Of a stretch of DNA of 64,000 nt, positions 12,893 through 27,300 are shown one piece after another. This DNA comes from Octopus bimaculoides (taxonomy: Eukaryota): assembly GCF_001194135.2 (NCBI RefSeq), contig NC_068986.1, positions 45,719,444-45,783,443 on the forward strand, in the 5' to 3' direction. Within the stretch, counting starts at the first letter, position 1. Every line of letters starts with the position of its first letter. Below the pieces are notes generated by a model that was not told the origin of the DNA, ran no database searches, and was given only the letters and a program-made list of their open reading frames with translations. Both the position numbers and the translations under genes were made by a program.

Positions 12893-15800
12893 CTCTTCCA
12901 ACGTAGGCATAACATCTCACAGTTGAGTGGAAGAGACTACACGATTATGTTCACCGCAGTGTTTGACGGGTTCTTTATTTTATCACCTTTGGAGTGATGA
13001 AAGCAAAGTTCACCTCAGCAAACGTGAAATCAAAAGGTAAAGAATTGTAACAAATAATGCAAAGCATTTTATTACATACTCTAAAGAGGATCTTTTTTAA
13101 AACGGGGCCACATTTTTCATTAATGTTTTACGTAGTGTTTTTGGTACCGAAAGACTTTCAAACTTCGTATACTTATCTATTTTGTGTTATAGAACAGAAA
13201 AATATTTTTGTATTCGAATTTATTTCATGTAAAAAATTGTCTTATTTCGATAATTTCAACCAATCACTGACGTCCATTCAGCCGATATACATTAAGTGCC
13301 GACTACATAAACAAACGATTCTTCGTTTTATTTGCTTTTTTCATTTTAAATTTGCTTTAACCCTAACCCTAACTCTAACCCTAACCCTAACCCTAACGCT
13401 AACCCTAGGGTTAGGCTTAGGGTTAGAGTTAGGGTTAGGCTTAGGGTTAGAGTTAGGGTTAGGGTTAGAGTTAATTGTTTCAGAATCGTTTGTTTATGTA
13501 GTCGGCACTTAATGTATATCGGCTGAATGGACGTCAGTGATTGGTTGAAATTACAGAAATACGACAACTTTAACATGGAATAATTTATGGATTTCTTTTT
13601 TTTTTAAGAAGACTAAGAGAAAAAGATGTTTTATATGACACATTCTACCAGTGTTCCAAGTTTCAAAGTGTTTCGTTAATGAAAAATGTGGCCCCCGTTT
13701 TAAAAAAGATCCTCTAAAGATTTTGCCATTCGTCTGCCCACGGCATCTTAAATAATAAAAATAACACTACAGTCGAGGTTAAAAGTTTGAAACATTTTTT
13801 TACAAACTAAAATTGTTATGTTCAAGTACAATTCGATTCAAATATACAAGATATATATTTCAACATCAAATATAAAAATTCTAATTTTCAGACCTATGCT
13901 CCAAACTTTTGGCCCAGTAATATTATATTGCAAATTAAATATAACTTTGGCCATTTAATATAAAAATTCTAATTTTTAGACCTATGTTCTAATCGTTTGG
14001 CCACAACTAATACCAAAAGTAAATTGTGTTTGAAATTTGTGGGATGGTATAGTTTCTTACTGTATATTTTACAATATCTTATTTAATGTCTCAGATGACT
14101 TGTTTCAAATACTAGCAATATAAAGTTTCTTTTCCCTTCATCTCCTTTTGCAAGCAGTGAAACTTGAAAAAATATGAGACACATTTCTTCCTTGAATATA
14201 ACAATTTAGCCCACTCTTAAGTAAAACATTGAATTACATTACTTTTAATGAGTTACATATATGAATTAAGAATGGAATACCGTCACCAAGCAGAGTTGTG
14301 ATAGATGCACAATATGAAGATAAAGTCTTCAAGTAGTTCCTCAAAAGCACATTAGTCTATATCAGGGGTTTTCAAACTTTTTGACTTGCGGACCCCTTTA
14401 TATTTCAAGCTTTACCTTAGGGACCCCCTTATAAACGCTTATGAAATTTATACATAAATATTTGCTTAAAATAACATATATTTTTACATTTATTTATTTA
14501 ACAGTATTTAACAAATTGGTTTATTGTCAATTAAAAGATTTCGATTAAAAAACATATATAAAATCAAATTGCCCATAAAAAGTATTTGCTGTCTACGGAC
14601 CCCCTGTCTTGTCCTTGCGGACCCCCTGTGGTCCGCGGACCACAATTTGAAAACCCCTGGTCTATATGATCCGTATTTCATAAAAATTAAGATATAACGA
14701 ATGATATTAAAAGTAGTATAAATGAAACTAGATATCATGCAAGTCCTTATCTGAATGTCTCTTTTATGAAGTTATATTACTACATTGAATGTCTTTTGGA
14801 GGATATGGTTCTATATTTACCCGCATTGCTCTTCTCTTGTGCTGTTTAGTGGTTGTTTCAAAGTACGACTACACTTATCAAATGCATCACCGTTGCAACT
14901 GGTTTCTGCAAAAGCAAAAAATAAAGAAATTGCGTGTATTGAACAAAACAAATATCAACATATTTCAGTTCTTAAGTTGGGGAATATTCAATTATTTATA
15001 ACCAATAATAGAGAACAACATTTAAATGTGTTTAACCATACGCTTGTGTTTGTGTGTTGGTGTGTGTGTATGTGTGCGTGTGACTGAGCCTATAATTCAA
15101 CTTTGTAAAAACATTTATATGTTCATGTATATGTGTGTGTACACACACACACAAACATACATTCACACACACAGAAACATACACTCACAAACACAGAAAC
15201 ATACACTCACACACAGAAACATACACTCACACACAGAGAAACATACACTCACACACATACATGAATATTGTTTATTTACAGCACGTGTTTTGAATCATAT
15301 ATACAGGTATGTCATATTTTCCGTTTGTTCGCTTTTTATTTAATCCTCGCTCAGACGCAGATGCACTCTGTATCGACAGCAGATTGCATTCCAAGAATGC
15401 AGAATGATACCCTTTAGTGAACATATTGAGAAATGCGCAAAACAAATGCTATCACAATTTGTAATCTTTCCATTCTATCAATGTGCCATTGGAACACCAA
15501 CACAAATTAGATTAAATAAGGAAACCTTCTTCATTGAAAAATATAACCCAAAACTCAACCATTTCTAACATTTTTAAATAAGGAAACTCACCTCATTGAA
15601 AAAAATATAAAGCAAAACCTAACCACTTGTAACACTCTATTCCTTCTAAACCAAATCATGTTAAATTAATCAAATCTCACTTATTATCTCCCTTATACCG
15701 GAAAAAATCCTTGATTACCTTCCCCTATCTAGAACTCCATATTTTACACCATAGTGAAGACATGACACGATACAGGTAGAGAAATGTGAGAAATTTGAAA

Positions 15801-16838
15801 AGAAAATACGAAACCGGTTATTTCTCCAAAAACAATGTTACTATACTCAAAATTTTATAACATTTTTCTAACATAACGATTTAAATATATACTTTAACCA
15901 TATAACACAAGCCTTCTGTAGTTTTTCACTCTTTTTTATCTTATATATATATATATATATATATCGTCGGTAAAACATAAATCCGAAATAGAAGTACACT
16001 CTAAGTTACAGAGCAGTATATTATATAAAGTTAGATAAGGCCGGTTTATGGGGTTACCCTTGGTTTCATGTCGATAAAGCGCTTAGCTTTACAGCGTATC
16101 GTCACATCCCAAACTCGTTGGCTTATGGCCTTTCTATCATGTGGTCTCTTAATAAAATGGAAGAGAAAGACTTCATTACTCTGTCAACAGCAGAAGATTG
16201 TCTCCTTTTGGTTGTCAATCGTAAATGACCCTGTTATCATGTGGGTCTCAGTAGGCCAGCAGTGATTTCCTGGAGTGCAACCATTGTCCGAAGACCTTCA
16301 TTCTGCAGTTAAGGATGTTCCCCGGATCGAAGGAGTCTTTCAGTATCCTCACCCGTTCAGCTATGTACTATTTACAACTCTTGGTCTCGTTTATGCCGGG
16401 GCCTGGATTTTTTAGGATTCTCTGGAGCACCGCCTTTAGTCGAGCAAATTGACTCCAGGACTTATTCTTTGGAAGCCTAGTACTTAGTCTATCGGTCTCT
16501 TTTGTCGAACCGCTAAGTTATGGGGACGTAAACACACCAGCATCGGTTGTCAAGCAATGTTGGGGACAAACACAGACACACAAACATATACACACATATA
16601 TATACATATATACGACAGGCTTCTTTCAGTTTCCGTCTACCAAAGCCACTCACAAGGCTTTGGTCGGCCCGAGGCTATAGTAGAAGACACTTGCCCAAGA
16701 TGCCACGCAGTGNNNNNNNNNNNNNNNNNNNNNNNNNNNNNNNNNNNNNNNNNNNNNNNNNNNNNNNNNNNNNNNNNNNNNNNNNNNNNNNNNNNNNNNN
16801 NNNNNNNNNNNNNNNNNNNNNNNNNNNNNNNNNNNNNN

Positions 16839-16874
<36 letters not shown>

Positions 16875-19800
16875 GTTTTCTTCTCTTGAAATCATAAAAT
16901 TGTTGTAAACTAATGTTATTTCCAATCTTCTGTAAAAACATGTCTGGCCACCTGCTTGGAAACAGATGAGGGGTTGTGACATGAATGGCATCCAGGTGTA
17001 GAAAATTTGCCTCAGTAAACTCTGATCCACGGATAAATGGACGAGAAAGCAACGATGAATATATATAGTATATATGATGAGTATATTGTATGTGGGGTGT
17101 TTGCGTCCACATGTACGCTATCCTTGAAGGATTTATAGAAGTGCAACCCAAAGTTTCTTGGACCGGAAAAATGAATAAGAAAGAAGCTGAATCTGTCTAA
17201 GCCATTAAACACTCATAACATTAAAGTCACCTTTGGTAAAGAGTCAGTGAAACTTCAGAAAATTTATATAATTTATGTTTCTACAGAGCGCATCATTAAT
17301 ATAACTTTAGATATATATTATTTCTAAAATGCATCAGAAGGCACAAATGGATGCAGTGCTATATCTGTAGAGTAACTCTGGAGGCGCAATGGCCCAGTGG
17401 TTAGGGCAGCGGACTCGCGGTCATAGGATCGCGGTTTCGATTCCCAGACCGGGCGTTGTGAGTGTTTATTGAGCGAAAACACCTAAAGCTTCGCGAGGCT
17501 CCGGCAGGGGATGGTGGCGAACCCTGCTGTACTCTTTCACCATAAATTTCTTTCACTCTTACTTCCTGTTTCTGTTGTGCCTGTAATTCAAAGGGTCAGC
17601 CTTGTCACACTGTGTCACGCTGAATATCTCCGAGAACTACGTTAAGGGTACACGTGTCTGTGGAGTGCTCAGTCACTTGCACGTTAATTTCACGAGCAGG
17701 CTGTTCCGTTGATCGAATCAACTGGAACCCTCACCCTCAACGTCGTAAGCGACGGAGTGCCAATAACAATGTAGAGTAACTGAATAAATTTTTTTTTATA
17801 TATATTTCATAATGGCATTATTAGGTTTTTATGAATGTACTTCAGTCATAGGAGCACAGGAAGAATTAGTTGAAAATGCATTTCTGATGCATTTTGACAA
17901 AAAGCTACATATAACTACTCTTAAGTATAGCTAAAGCGATATTTCTTGATAATATTGGTTTCAGATTTTAGTGTAATCAACCTCAGTGCCCAACTAGTAA
18001 TTAATTTATTGATTCCGAAAGGATGTAAAGCAATGTTGATATTGGCGGAATTTGAACTCAGAACATTTTGTCTGGCGTGCTAACGATTCTTCCAGCTCGT
18101 CACTTTTATATAGCTGATAACAGTAACTGACGGTCGTTAGCAGGTCGGGCAAAATATTTAGCGGTATTTTGTCCGTCTTCACCTCTTGAGTTCGACTTTA
18201 CTTGTCATCCTTTCGGAGTCAATAAATTAAGTTCCAGTTAAGTACATGGTGTCGAGGCAATCGATTTACCCCTTCTCCTGAAAATTGCTGCCCTGGTGCC
18301 AAGATTTGAAGTCAATATTAATAACTCATATGAATTTGAATTTATTATATTTTTTGCTGGAATATTTTTATCATTGATCTTTTATTTGTTTCAATTATTT
18401 AACTGCGGTCATGCTGGGGCACCGCCTTGGATATTAATATTTTTTAAAAACAATATTTTCCTGGAGTTATTAAAAATATCATTGAAAGAGGAAATACTTA
18501 CCACATCCATAAAAAGCGTATTGATCAGAGATTTTCTGTTCTGTAGGACAGACAGTATTCTTTGAACATTGAACGGCCAATGATAATTGTCTGTAAAGTA
18601 ATAAAACAAATTTCTTATCCAAAAGTAAACAATTGTGGAGCTGTCGGTTAAAAAACTATATTTCTGATCAGCTTTTAATCGCTAGTTACTTTTTACTTAA
18701 TAGAAATGAGCTTGTAATAAAAGCAAGCATAGATACAGTTCATTTCGATAATGAACAGATCACTTTATCTTGGAGACTTCAGTTGTTGGCAAAATAGATG
18801 TTGAATGTAATCCAATAATAGAAATATATACATTTCAATAGCTACTTCGCACAGTTGGTCCTGATGTTTATATCAAAGTATACAACATTGTTAAAAATAA
18901 ATTGTAGTGCTGCTTTACAAAATACCATTATACAACTTGTGCCATTTTAACAAATCTTTTTTTTTTTGTCAGCTGAAAATTTACTCTTTTTCAAAAGATC
19001 TATGAAACAGTAACTTTGAAAACTATAGTAACACCTCTCCTCTTCTCAACTGTTCTTCACACTCATTTTAATGCAAATTATTGAGTATATAATACGTATG
19101 TGTAAAAATCCTCAAAGTCAATATCAATTTATTTAATTTGTCTTTTATTAAACTCTCCAAATTACACAACAATGTTTTATTACTGCCATTTTTGAATTTA
19201 AGTTACCTACCTGTGGAGGTACATGGCCTAATGGTTAGAGCAGCGGACTCGTGGTCGAGGGATCACGAGTTCGAATCTCAGACCTGGTGATGTGTGTGTT
19301 TATGAGCAAAACACCTTAGCTCCACGCGGCTCCAGCTGAAAGTAATGGCGAACTTCTGCTGACTCTTTCGCCACAACTTTCTCTTACTCTACCCTCCTGC
19401 ATCTAGCAGCCCATCTGCGACGAACCGGTGTCCCGTCCAGGTAGGGAACCTATACGCCAATGAAATCGGAAAATTGACCCTTATGAGCCAGGCATGGCTC
19501 GAGAAGGAACAAACAACAACACCAAACTATTCCTACTCTGAGCCTTGTCAGAGCCTTCGAACTCTCAGAATTTGAAACCAATATAATTTTGCTAAATTTT
19601 AACAACTATTGATATGCTTACTATGTTCTTATTTTTTGTATCAGAGAAAAGTGCATATGGCTGGACATAAACACACTGTTCCAGTGAAGAGATTACTGCA
19701 TCTAACACACTAGAATTTGAATTCTGTACATAATGCACACACGTACGCACTTATATGCGTGTATGAATGTGTATATAAGTGTGTGTGTTTGAGTCTGTAT

Positions 19801-19885
19801 ATATATATATATGTATATAATGTATGTATGTCTATAAAAATATGTACATATACATTTACACACACACACACACACGCACATATAC

Positions 19886-19946
<61 letters not shown>

Positions 19947-21278
19947 ATGCCCACTACTGGAATGACCTGATCTTCTCCATAGGAAGAATAACGGAGTACC
20001 TCATCACAAAGTTCAAAAAGTTGGCATATTATTATTATTATTGTTACTATTGTTGCTGCTGTTGTTGTTGTTGTTGTTATCATCATCATTATTATTATTA
20101 TTACTATTAGAGTATCAATAACTCCTCTAGAAATAACTTCCACATAGACCCATCCGCCACATACAGAACTGACACGCACGCACCCAACAAATTTTAACAT
20201 AAACAGNNNNNNNNNNGTAGTATATTCCCTTATTGGGATTGTCACATTAAGTTGACAATATACAATAGTTGTCCAATTAGATGAGAAGAATTAACTGTAT
20301 AAATTACCCCTCCCCAAATAGCAGCAGAATCTCTAATACCCACTGCTGGAATGACCTGATCTTCACCACAGGAATAACGGAGCACCTCCTCACAAAGTTC
20401 AAAAAGTTGGCATATTATTATTATTGTTGTTATTATCATCATCATCATTATTATTATTACTATTAGAGTATTAATAACTCCTCTGGAAATAACTTCCACA
20501 TAGATCCATCCACCACATACAGAACTGACACGAACGCACGCAGCAAATTTATAAAATATAAACAGCTTTCAAAACGCAATGAATAGCGTTAGTGCTAGGG
20601 ATCATGTACGTATGGGAATGTTTGTGTATACATATATGTATGTATGTACGCATGTGTGAGGAGATAGATATATATATATATGTATATTTCCCCCTCACAT
20701 GTGGTGACAGTGACTGTTGACGTACATCTGGACACACATATGTACTCATCTATCTATGCTTTTGTATCCATAGATATCTACGTATGGTTATGTACACAGG
20801 CACAAGCATGTGTTTTGGAGTGTTTATAACTATTTATATGGTTTTATATACTGTTTGTAGGCTTTTATGTGCCTTATATTTTTATATTTTCATCTTTCAT
20901 TTATTTTTATTTTTACTTTATTCTTATTTTTATTTTATATTTGTATTGAATTTTGTAAATCTCTGAAGAGGCTTAGCGAATCATGCATGTACCTCCATTA
21001 CATCATTTCATCTGCTAATTACTCCGGCGCACAGGAGGTATAGAGATAGAATGGGGCATGCCAACGCTAGGCCGAAACAGCTGTAAGTTTCTGTACATTC
21101 TCCAATTGCTAAATGTACTTTATATTTGTAACCTTAATTGTTAATATGACATGGTATGTCATAAGCATCTGTATATTGTGGTTTATCTCGTTTTAGTTAT
21201 AAAATAAACAAATTAATCAACGGAATACACTGTCTGCAAGTCGATGGATACCGCATATTCTCCTCCATTTTCTCATTG

Positions 21279-21332
<54 letters not shown>

Positions 21333-24300
21333 CTTCTTTCAGTTTCCGTATACCAAATCCACTCACAAAGCTTTTGTCGGCTCGAAGGAAGCGATAGTAA
21401 AAGACACTTGCTCAAGGAGGCACGCAGTACCACTGAACCCGTAACCATGTGGTTAAGAAGCAAGCTTCTTACTGAATACCCACACCTGCACCTGTAATAT
21501 TTATAAATCTCTGTATAGTGTATGTAGTGTGCCCGTGTTTATATATGTGTATATGGATGCATGCGTGTATATGTGAATGTGTGAGTGTGTGTATATACGG
21601 ATGTGGATATGTGAACGTTTGTTTGCGTGTATGTGTGTGTATAGATGTGTGTGTTTATATCAACCCTGTCTCTATCTACTAACAGTTTCTTTGTTCGTTT
21701 AAAATTTAACTTCACAATAGGCCATCAACCAGCCTCAGCTGTTTACCCTAATTTATTAAGGACTCTGAATGGTCCTGCGCTATTTGGTATTGTCCTTATT
21801 ATTATTGTTGTAAAAGCGGCGAGCTGGCAGAATCTTTGGCACACCGGGAGAAAATGCTTAGCGGTATTTCGTCTGCCGTAACGTTCTGAGTTCAAATTCC
21901 GCCGAGGTTGACTTTACCTTTCATCCTTTCGGGGTTGATTAAATAAGCACCAGTTACACACTGAGGTCGATGTAATCGACTGACCCCTTTCACGAAAATT
22001 TCAGGCCTTTTGCTTATAGTAGAAAGGATTATTATTGTTGTTATTAAGGCTGTGAGTTTGCAGAATCGTTGGTATATCAGACGAAATGTTTAGTGACATT
22101 TTATTTGTCTTTATATTCGAGGTCACATTCCCTTGATACCAACTTTGCCTTTCATCGTTTCAGGGTTGACGAAATAAGTACCAGTTGAGCAGAGGAGTCT
22201 ATAATCGGCTAATTCCCTCCTATCAAATTTCAGGCCTTGTTCTTATAGTAGAAAGGATTATTATTATTATTGGTGATAGGGTTTTTTTAGCATCTATTTT
22301 TTATCATATGTTTGGACTCAAATAACTATGGTTTGGATGCTCTGTCTCCTGTAACGTTGTGTAGCACATAAGGTTGTTGATAATTTGCATAACAGAATAT
22401 ATATCGTGCCTTCAATACTTGTTATAGTATCTGTTGCATGACAAAGATGATTTGTTTGCAACATTGTGTAATGTATCTACGAGTGTCATGCAATTATGAT
22501 GGTAAATTATTGAAACATGTGTATTTTCTATAGAGTCTTGAATGCCATACCTGGTTTCTGTTTGTTATGTGTGTATATGTGCATGTGTGTGTGGTGAGGA
22601 GTTTTTAGATACATTTATATACATTATGCCTCTTCTTAATTAAACTTTATCCTATTTAGAACAAAGCAAATATTTGATTTACTCCTACATCTCTTTGTGC
22701 AACCATTGTTTGTTGCTTTTTCTATTAATTTTTTCTGCCTTTTCTACCTTTTCATCCACTTCAACATGTGGAGGCGTAATGGCCCAGTGGTTAGGGCAGT
22801 GGATCTGCGGTCATAGATTCGTGGTTTCGATTCCCAGATCGGGCGTTGTGAGTGTTTATTGAGCGAAAACACGTAAAATTCCGCGAGGCTCCGGCAGGGG
22901 ATGGTGGCGAACCCTGCTGTACTCTTTAACCACAACTTTCTCTCACTCTTACTTCCTGTTTCTCTTGTGCCTGTAATTCAAAGGGTCAGCCTTGTCACAC
23001 TGTGTCACGCTGAATATCCCCGAGAACTACGTTAAGGGTACACGTGTCTGTGGAGTGCTCAGCCACTTGCACGTTAATTTCACGAACAGGCTGTTCCGTT
23101 GATCGGATCAACTGGAACCCCCGACGTCGTAAGCGACGGAGTGCCAACAACAGCACTTCAACTTACTCTTCTTTTTTCACATATTCACATCCATCTTACT
23201 CCTTTCTTCATCATACTTTTTTTATCCTCCCAACTAAGGCAATAATCAAACGTCCTCACCAAACGTTTTAATATGCGAACTAACTTCTTCTGCATTGTGC
23301 TAAATGCCAGCCATGTCTAGAAAGACCTGCATATATAAACTACCATCTGAATACAATTTAGTCACTATCTCAGTCACTATCATTAAAATTATATATACAT
23401 ACATGCATACATACATACATGCATGCTTGCATGCATACATACATACATACATATATGTGTGTTGTGTGTATATGTGTGTGTGTGTATCTGTGTTTGTGTA
23501 CTTGATTTGTGAACTTGAATTAACAATGCTTTGTTTATCCACAAATAAGGAATATTTATCCACCAATGATGCTGAGCACCCATTCCATCATGGTTTTGGG
23601 CTCCGTCCCACTGTACACCTTTGGTAAATGCCTTCTACTTTAGCCTTGGGTCATTCAACACCTTGTGGTGAATTTGGTAGATTTAAATTGTGTGAAAGCC
23701 TATTGTATATATGTGTGTATGTGTATGTGTATGTGTGTGTGTATGTGTGTTTGTGTGTGTGTGTGTGTACATGTGAGTGTGTTTGTACGTATGCATGTGT
23801 ATATATATCTTTGAGTGTGTCTTTTTGTTTGCATTTGTCCTCCACAATTGCTTCAGATTTCTTATTAGTTTGTTTGCATCCCTGTAACTTAGTGGTTTGG
23901 CAAAAGAGCCTGATAGAATAAATTTCAGATTTAAGAATAAATATTAGGTTTGATTTCTTTGACTAAGTCCTTCAAGGCAGTGCCTCAGCATGACCTCTGT
24001 CCAATGACTAAAACAAGGAAAAGAAAAATAAAGAAGGATGTATGTATGTGTGTGAAAGCACATTAAATTTAAAATATTTATGCATTGTGAATAACTGTTG
24101 TAGTTGTAATGGATTAGATCTTTGATTCCATTTTATAGTTTGTGAATAATAGATTATATTCTCGATTATGTTCTATAACTTAGAGAGCATTTGTTTAAAG
24201 CATTATGTCATTAGATTATATAATAGATTAATTAGGAAGATTTTTATGTTAATAATATTATGCAATGTAAGCAGCTATTTGAGATGAACATGGGAAGCTT

Positions 24301-27300
24301 TTGACTTGTCTTAAATTGTCCTAAATTGGAGCTTATAATTCTAATACTATGAAATGATATGATGTTTTTTTTTTTATTAGTATCTATAACCATTCAGCTG
24401 ACTTACCAAGAACACTGACCTTTTCTCTACCTCCTATTTTAAACTTCTCTGCTATCCACTTGTGCTCCTCATTGGTTTAACAGACTATTATATCTAACAT
24501 ACACTGAAACCAAAACATGTAAATGTCACAACTCACCTGGGAACTCCTTGTTTGTTCAAATCATGCATTTTCTGGACCGTCACTAAATATATGACAGTGA
24601 CTTAAATTTACCAAAATAACCAAATTCAAATGACTTACTCAACTCTACAAACTTTGTGTTATTTCAATTTTGTTTCCTACTTAATCTGGAGGAGTTGCTT
24701 TGAAATATCTCTTAAGCCAACTTTATTATATTTGCCATGTCTTCGACTTTAGTTTGACTTCTAACACAAATTTCTCTGAATTACCTTTCACTTGCTTGCT
24801 TTCTATTTTTCCAGCTTAGCTCTACCAGCTATCACTTAACGTATTAATTTTAGTGTTAATTAAACTATTAAAATGCACATTCTCTTTGAGTATATAAATA
24901 CAGTTTCTCCTCTTCTCAAATTTTCCCTACTGCTACTAACATTTGAAAACTCAAGCTATGCATTAACCTTACTAATCTCAGTTCCCTGATTATCCAGTTC
25001 AGGCAGATCCGAAGGAGATATGTGCATTGATCTCCCTGTTGTTCATATTAAACAATCTTCAAACAAATGATTGAAAAACTACATACAACTTCACTTTGAA
25101 GTACATTTTGAGCAAACATTTGCTTGTGTTCTGTGTATGTAATTCAACTGATATCATAAATTGCTATTGCAGTTGCACTACCTGAGCTAACTCGGACTGA
25201 GCAGCAATGAGGATTTTATTCTTATAATATGGACAAGTTTAATCCTGTTAGCTGATTTCCTGTTAAGTATCATATAGTAACAATAATTGAAATACACACT
25301 TGCAATTTTCTTTTCTAGTACTCCTTCCATTCACAAATACGTGGCATGCCATGTAGCCTTTCTTGCAAGGAGAGTCTGTATCTGACAAAAAGAATGTAGA
25401 AATAACATGAAACAAATGATAAGACTGTAAAAGTGGTAACAAGCATATTTTAAAGACAAAAATCGTAAAAATGTGACATGTCTACATTTCCTAAGAGTAT
25501 TTATATTGTACATAAAATGAAACAATTTGAACAAGACACCAAAAAAATTAAATTCAAATTGGAACAGTAACAATGGCACTTTAAGCTACAATAGGAACAA
25601 TTTCTTTCAAATTAGAAATATTTTTATTTGGTTTTTATGTTGTAAGAACCTTAGAAAATAAGGTAAGCTGCTGCAAGTTCAGACTGTGACATTGTTTTGA
25701 TTGTCAAGAGATGTTAATGTTAGCGCACTTCCTTTACAGTACTTTACTAATATCCACTTGAAAAAGACACCAATGTTACATTATGCATCCTAATGTTGCA
25801 CTTTTCATACCATTTACTACTTAAACTAAAGTATAGAGTCTTCATATTAAGTTCAAAATGAAACCACAATTTTGCATTATTCAATATATTCATTATGGCA
25901 CCAGTAAAGTGCATTAGTGTCTTCTTTTTAAGAGGCCCATAAGTAATCACAAATGGTATACTTGGGGAGAATCACTAGAATATTGTCTTCCCCATGGAAA
26001 TTGATTTTATGATTAGTGAAAAGAAATTAATGCTTGTCATTCAATTTCAATGGGATATGTTGCATGAATAAGTTGCCTTCAACAGCTACTGAGAATTTTT
26101 TCTGCTCCCAGATTCTACAAAACACCAATCTTGTCATTTTAAACTAACTGATTTTTTCATCATAGCAATTCACATATCTAAGTGATTTTAATTTTAAATG
26201 CCTAACGTTCATATGAGACATGGAGTAGCTTTGTGATGTCCTGATTTATGCAACCTGGATTTGTTTTATTAATATTTCAATATTTAGGCTGGCTTGAACA
26301 TTTACAGTCTTTCAGATCAAAATTTCCACTCCTAAGCCTAGTGTACGACTTCTGTTGTGAACAGTCCTCTCACATATGGAACCATCGTCATAAACTTCAC
26401 ATATCTTGTTAGCTGTTTGTACAGGATTTTTTTCTTTCTGGGAGCAAGAGAATGGTAAATGACAAAATATAACTTATTTTCTTCTGTTTTACCTTTTAAC
26501 ATAGAAATAATAGAAATAAACTTTGTACACAGTAGTTATATAAAAAAGTTGTGTTGAAATGCCATCTTTCATAAAATATGTGTCATGCTTCTGCCGCATG
26601 AAAAACAAAATCATTGTGTTTAAACCCCACCAAATGAAAAAATGGTACAAACTTTATTCCAACTCAATGTAATATTTTCAGAAATATAATATTTTATCAG
26701 TGTTAGATGATCATTCATCATTATTTGATGAGTAAATTAAAGTTCTATAAGTATTGCTTTTATACGCGTAATATTAACTATTAGGTTGTCTGGAAAGTTC
26801 CGAGCATTTTTAATATACAAAAATGGGATATAAATAATTAACCTTTCACTAAATTGTATTCAATGAAATAATTTCCATTATTATTAATGACCTTTGCCCA
26901 TCTGTCAGGCAACTTAAATATTCCACTAGCATAAAATTTGACTGGTTTTGAAGAAAAAAGTTATCTAGATGCATTTTGACTCCATCTAAATTGTTAAATG
27001 TTTTTCCTTGAGTTCTGTAGAGACAAAAGCAAGTGGTATCTGGTTGGTGCAATGTCAGGAGAATATGATGGAAGGGGTAAGAGATCCCAGCCAAGTTCAT
27101 GTAACTTTGTTTGAGTAGCCAAAGACATGTGGTCTGGCATTGTCTTGTTGAAACATCACCCTTTTCCTGTCGGTCATCTCAGGCTTCAATTCTTTGATTT
27201 TTTTATGATTAGTGAAAAGAAATTAATGCTTGTCATTCAATTTCAATGGGATATGTTGCATGAATAAGTTGCCTTCAACAGCTACTGAGAATTTTTTCTG

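Noticed and set aside
13355-13470. True telomere or chromosome-fusion site
   Set aside because: It lies inside a TIR element with TSDs that has a second copy at 33932.
16040-16400. RTE LINE 3' relic (also suspected at 7440-7800, and CR1 at 59250-59480)
   Set aside because: Only faint motif echoes, too decayed to call without a search.
17380-17460. tRNA genes at SINE heads (also 22770, 38060, 44735, 19215)
   Set aside because: The A/B boxes run into SINE bodies with no complete cloverleaf.
19620-19700. Extra minus-strand exon ([15 protein letters not shown]...)
   Set aside because: It ends in phase 0 and lacks the Cys pattern, so it is incompatible with the gene.
19945-20560. Tandem duplication as duplicated exons
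   Set aside because: No Cys-module frame with suitable splice sites; it straddles a 10-N gap and is probably allelic.
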